Shown one piece after another: positions 58,077-64,000 of a stretch of 64,000 nt of DNA. The notes beneath the pieces were generated by a model. The model was not told the DNA's origin and made no database searches. It was given only the letters and a program-made list of their open reading frames with translations. Position 1 is the stretch's first letter. Each line of letters starts with the position of its first letter. A program made the translations under genes and the position numbers. This DNA is from Vermamoeba vermiformis (taxonomy: Eukaryota): assembly GCA_045837725.1 (NCBI GenBank), contig JBEWZL010000210.1, positions 1 through 64,000 on the forward strand, given 5' to 3'.

Positions 58077-61000
58077 ATGGAAAGCAACATCAATCCAACG
58101 TTTAAAAATAAGCTGCAAAAAGTCTTGCAGCTCAATCTAGACTCGGAAGACACATTGTTGGCATTCAATGACCTCTCATCGTTCTATGATAATAATACGA
58201 TAGATAATCGATGGAATTTGCGTGCACAACTTGAAAAGAGATGTATTACAGTCAATGAAGAATTTTTACAAGCGTTTAGTCAGATCCAAAAGGTAAATTT
58301 TCAATAAAGTTTTTTCTTGCCTTTCTAGAGCAATTAAAACATTCGAATTATTTCAAAATAGTGTATTTATAATTTTTAAAAATATTTAGGAGCTTGCCAA
58401 AGTGCAAGAGAGTGTGGATGAGTTACAAAACTCGTGTTCGACAATGGAACAGAAAATTGCATCAACAAAATCAGTATCAGGAAAATTAATCGAACAAGCA
58501 GACAAACTATTTACTGCAAAGTAAGTTCAAGTGCCTACGTCAGTGCACTAAACAAAAATCAGATCCGCCAACTTTCAAACATCAAAATTCAACTTAATTC
58601 ACCTTTTTCATATTTATATCACTTATATACTATTTCTAACGTTTTTATAGTAATCGCAATACAGCGCAAACAGAAGTGATTGCCTCGTTCTTGTCTCACT
58701 TTCAACTCACCACGCACGAAGTCAAAGTGCTTCGTTCACCTGACATCAACAAAGAGTTTTTTGACGCATTGGCGCGTGTCAATTCGATCCGAAATGATTG
58801 CAAAATATTGCTACGGACCCAACATCAAAGAGCCGGGTAAGTCACTCTTTCATTACCGAACTTAATCTCGCAGCACTGTTTCAATATTCTGGAGCGGAAT
58901 ATCTCAGCGTGCTTCCTAACATTTTAATGCGGAAACTTCGCTCAAAACAGGCGAAGCGTCATTTCATTTTAATTAATGACGCAGAACTTCCGCACTTGAA
59001 ACACTAGTCTCGATAACACTTTAACTCATCTAACAATTTTATTTTACTATGGATAGTCTCGAGATTATGGACGCCATGTCCGAACACTTAGAAGGCGCTT
59101 ATCGCAAACTTTATCGATGGGTCCGAGGCGAGTGCAAGCTGCTTGAAATTGACGCGCCAGAATTAGATCATCTATTTATATCCGCATTCGTTGCACTCCG
59201 CGACAGACCTGTGTTATTAAGGTAAGTGACAACGTAATATTGAGGTGCACTGTGCGATACGGAAGGCATCTTAGCGAGTAGCGTAAACTCCTGAACCTAT
59301 TTGTTTTATATTATTTTATGCTCGATTCACTAGAAGTTCTGGGAATTGTTTTTTTACGAGAAAATCTCACTATTATGACGATTGTCTTATCTGTTTATCG
59401 TTAGTTATTGCCTAGAAGAAGTTGGTGCGACACGGTCTCGTACATTAGTAAAAAGCTTCATTCAAGCGCTCACTCAAGGAGGTCCCTCAGGTACGCTCTA
59501 CTTACCTTATTTATACATTTAGTATGAATAAGCACTGGCATAATCCGGTGTTATATGAGCAAGCGGTCGGTTGGTTACTAACTTCTAACTAGGAATGCCT
59601 CGCCCGATCGATTTGCAAGCACACGAGCCTCGCCGCTACGTAGGTGATATGGCCGCGTGGATTCACCAAGCAGTGGCTTCTGAAGACGAACTCATTAATA
59701 CTTTACTCGGTACCAGCGTGTCATTAAGTACGTGAACGAATGTATTTTTTACCTGAGTCTCTAATGCGGTGTTCATTGTAGACTCCGATGAAGAACGTCA
59801 AAAATACGAGGAAAATCTGCAGTCAGTCCTTCACGCAGCATTTTCGGGCGTTGCACGACCATTCAAAGCACGCTTCGATCAAGTCCTTGCTACCAAGCCT
59901 GGAACTGTTGTAACCTATCAACTTGCTAATTTAGTCGATTTCTATGGTCGCCGATTCGAGGCTTTAATGGGAGGCGAAAGCGACCTCTTCAAAACATTTT
60001 TGAGGTGCGTAACCCCGATCAGATTCAATGTTTTACTAACCGAGCAACAGTTGTAAGAATGACGCTATGAAAGCATTTTTCGAGCATATTAAGAAGAATA
60101 CCGATAAGCGAAAGCGTACTCCACCCGTAAGTATCCCGCTCATAATGTACTCAGCACAGCTCATCTGTTCGGTTTAGATCCCACCAACTGATTTGTCTCC
60201 ACCTCACGAGTTGCAAGAAGTAACCGCTTCATTTGTAAGCCCCTATTATCTGCCCTGCCTTTAAATTACTAATGTAACGAACTCCAGATCGAGATCGCGT
60301 CCACCTTCGACTCGTCACTCGTTCCCAACGAAGAGCGAGAAAGAGAATTCACTCCCATCATTGAAAATCTCGTTGACCCACTATTTCAAGCAAGTAGAAT
60401 TGCTAGGGACTATACCCTTGGATTACTAACCTCGAGTACAGGCAATCCAGCTGGGCACGACCAGATTAGGAAAAGTCGAACAGAATGTGTATCTTATCAA
60501 CTGTTATTCTGCCATCCAAACAGTGCTAATGAAGTATGGATTTACTGCCGCAAAAGTGCAACAAACTGTAAATAAGATCGAAGAGTTGCTCAACGCTCTC
60601 GTCATCGAACAGGTACTTGTTCCCAATTCCTTTTTGAGCTCCCTTCTAATCAATGTCAATTTTAGACGTCGATAATTCTCAAAGACTGTGGTCTTTTTGC
60701 CAAAGCTGCAATAATAAAACAGGAAGCAGGCTCTGGCTCGGTAAGTATTATGTCTCTTTGTAACTCGTGGTCTAACCTTGCACGAGCAGAAAGACATGTT
60801 GTCGCGAGTCTCTGGCATGGAAACTATGGCCATCAAATCCTGCTTGCGAGCTTTTGACTCTTCACTACTCGACTTCGGTTCTCTATCGATGCCTATAGTA
60901 GATAGGTAAGCGACTACATCTGCCCTTGCAATTGATCTCGCTGACTCTTCTTAGGATCATATCAAGTAAACTCCGCTTAGATGCCAGGTCACGCGTTACG

Positions 61001-61179
61001 AATACCATAATCGACGCTTATTCAACCCTATATACAGCCGTCATGGACCCCAAGGTAAAATCTGATCAAATCCAGTTCGTTTTCGAAATTAACCAACATT
61101 CATTTAGAATGGCTACGAAAACCCTCTAGCATTGTTCAGATATAAACCCGAGCAAGTACGAACAATGATAAGCTTGTAA
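58077..61179 (+). CDS. COG6: Conserved oligomeric Golgi complex subunit 6
   Basis: [43 protein letters not shown] and YLINCY are typical of COG6. Confidence 0.92.
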
Positions 61180-61334
61180 ATTTGATGTTTCATAAAATTG
61201 ATAAAATGATGGCCGGAATTTTGACGGTCAAATTTTTTGGGTCGACCAAAACCTCCTCTCTTGTTTGATTTCCCTTTCCTGCCGTTTTTATTGTTCCTCT
61301 AACAATCGGAGTCCATACCAAATAATAAAAAACA

Positions 61335-62029
61335 ATGGTAAGCGTTGGTTTGACGATACCGAGGATATGCAGCACCGTTATACAGCTTCCTTCAACTACG
61401 AGTTTGAGCGTTGCATCTTCGATTCGAGATGTTCAGCACAGATTTGTTATTGTGAAGCCTAGAATAATTATTATTGCTTTAATCATTTTATTTGCTGTTA
61501 TTATGAAGCCAGAATAAGATTATTATTGATTTTAATCAATTTTATTATGTATAATTATTATTTTATTTACTGTGCGTTATTAACGACAAATAATCATAGG
61601 GTAAGAGAACAAAGAAGCAAGGAGTTGTTGGCAAATACGGTACTCGTTATGGTGCCTCTTTGCGTAAGCAAGTTAAGAAGATGGAGATTACCCAACACGC
61701 CACCTACACTTGCCAATTCTGCGGCAAGGTAACTATCGATATTGATACCAAATGCGCGAGACAAAGCAGCAGAAGAAATTCCAGCTTTATTCAAATCCAT
61801 AATACAGCTGAGATTTTATTCGTGCTTCGATTTTTACTCGAGTGTGATCTGTGAGAGAAGCTTCTTCTAACGTGTATTTATTCAGGACTCCGTTAAGCGC
61901 GTTGCCACTGGTATCTGGCACTGCAAGGGTTGCAAGAAGACTACCGCTGGTGGTGCTTATGTTCCCAGCACAACTGCCGCTGTTACCATCAGATCTACCA
62001 TTCGTCGTTTGAAGGAAATGGCCGAATAA
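61335..62029 (+). CDS. RPL37A: 60S ribosomal protein L37a (eL43)
   Basis: [54 protein letters not shown], 3 exons. Confidence 0.98.
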
Positions 62030-62340
62030 AAACTTTGATTGTTGCCCAATAAACTGTCAATATTAAAATCATACTACTATCTTCCTGGGCAGAGAGGACC
62101 GCGGAGTACGCTTGAGTTCTTAGCTCGATCACCTTGGCAAATTGGCACTGTCGTTTTAGAATTTACGAGTCTGGCCTTGGTAGCACTGACTAGATATTAT
62201 TGTTTTGTGCAGCACAAGTTGCTTTGTAATCGCCTTTCTCCAAGATCCGCAATTTCTCGCTTGTCCGAGACTTCAGGCGATTTTTTGTTCAGTCGTTCTT
62301 CTTCGTTCTTCTTTATTCCAAGGTAGCACAAGAGGTCAAA

Positions 62341-64000
62341 ATGGTATATATCGTTTACACAGCACTCAGTAGTATAGTGATAGATTAAGCACTTGCAGTA
62401 CGCACGAAGGATAAGGGGAATACAACTCCTTGGATGTGACGATCGCAAATGCGCTTTTCTTACTGAGAGCCATCCTATCGAGCAAATAATAACGAATAAT
62501 TTATATTTAGGTCTTTTATATTTTATTCGAAACAGCTTCAGGCTACGCCTTGTTCCAACGCAACGAATCAGATGAAATCGGCGATAATGCTGATGCTGTT
62601 CAAGAACACTTGAAGGATTTCAAGCGTTTCTCTAAAATCGTTACCCTCAAGGCTATCGATCCTTTTACCTCATCAGAAGAAGCCCTCGAGAACGCTAACG
62701 ATGTTTCAGAAGGTAGATTAATTATTCACTGGAGCACCATTATTTATTATTTATTCATTTTTGACTGCGCTATTATGCATCATGCAATTTGTACTGCTTT
62801 TTGAATTTTTTTCTTCGTTTTTCGCACCAATAATTTGTAAATCCAAATCTCGAATCCGATCTTTATTGACCACAATTTATCAAGGTGTTTTGAACTCCAA
62901 ATTGAAGCACTTCCTCGAGATGAACATCTCAGTCTCCAAGAAGGAGAAGGAAAACAAGCAACACGTTTTGGGTCTCGGTGAAGACAAGCTTGGCTCTGCC
63001 ATCCAGGTAAATCCAGATCGCGTATTATTTTCTTACGAAAACGGCAAACATTTATAAATTTATGATCAACAGGACGCTTTGAAGATTAACTGCGTCAAGT
63101 CCGCCGTTGTCCTTGAACTTTTGCGTGGTATCCGTTTCCACTACGAGAGCTACGTAAACGTAAGTCATTAATATTATCATCATATGGTGCTTACAGCATT
63201 ATGGATCATATCATGCGCTATCAGCCGATTTACGGCATTAATTTCCGTTCTGGATCGCACTTTGGATTCGATCTGATCTTTTTGTTTATTTTCGTTGTAG
63301 CAGAAATATTAATACGATTATTATAGTCTTTGAAGGAGGGTGCTTTGAAGGAGGGCGATCTCCGCAAAGCTCAACTTGGTTTGGGTCACAGCTACAGCAG
63401 AGCCAAGGTCAAGTTCAACGTTAACAAGGCTGATAATATGATCATTCAAAGCATCAATTTGTTGGATCAACTCGATAAAGATATTAACACATTCGCCATG
63501 AGACTTCGGTAAGTACAACAAGTTGTTAACTTTTCAAGATCGAACGATCCGAACTTTATGGCTGTTATTTTAATCGTATCTGCTTTTGGCACCAATTGAC
63601 CCACAAACGATACTTCGGGCAATTACGAAATTAAACAAATTAATTTTTTTTTTTTGGATCGTGATCTGGACAGTGTGACTAACTTTGTTATTATCTTTAG
63701 TGAGTGGTACGGTCTTCACTTCCCCGAATTGGTCAAGATCGTCAACGACAATGCTCAATATGCTAAATGCGTTCAAATCATTAAATCACGTGCTCAATTC
63801 ACTGACGAGCAAGTCCCCGCTCTCGAAGAAGTTTTCACAGAAACCCCGTCCAAGGCCAAGGATATTTTCAACGCCGCCAAGACCTCTATGGGTGCTGACA
63901 TCTCTCAATACGATTTGGACTCGATCTGGACCTTCTCTGAGCGCGTTATTAAGTTGACTGATTACAGAAAGCATTTGCACGATTACTTGCTTAAGAAGAT
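62341..64000 (+). CDS. NOP56: Box C/D snoRNP protein NOP56, truncated by window end
   Basis: [58 protein letters not shown]. Confidence 0.96.

Noticed and set aside
61338-61885. snoRNAs in RPL37A introns
   Set aside because: Some hairpins and a CTGA are present, but no convincing C box or H/ACA pair and no rRNA guide I can verify.

Overview
Intron-rich, AT-rich eukaryotic DNA with short GT-AG introns. The gene content suggests an amoebozoan-like protist (inference only). The window holds two related piggyBac-type transposons that end in ...TTAAGGN followed by ATAT rather than at TTAA. The first (left end outside the window, right end 3939) lies in a cytochrome P450 intron. It encodes an apparently intact 7-exon, 886-aa fusion of a USP deubiquitinase (Cys/His/Asp present) to a piggyBac DDD transposase. 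The second (22500-26382) is decayed, has 16-bp TIRs and an ATAT target duplication, and splits a Kelch surface-protein gene. A second unusual gene (48191-54046, minus) splices into one reading frame: BRCT, WGR, PARP regulatory, PARP catalytic (H-Y-Q instead of H-Y-E), two RPA70-like OB folds, an F-box-like motif and a Pol-beta-type nucleotidyltransferase-like domain. Other content: a ~1935-aa protein with 15 helical repeats, duplicated P450s, four F-box genes, three tandem carboxylesterases interrupted by a frameshifted Crinkler/RHS-type NTPase-nuclease gene, an intronic foldback element, an EF-hand protein, an LRR protein, a serine carboxypeptidase, COG6, RPL37A and NOP56. All exon models and family calls were made by eye without database searches. 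Single-base frameshifts in homopolymers could be assembly errors.
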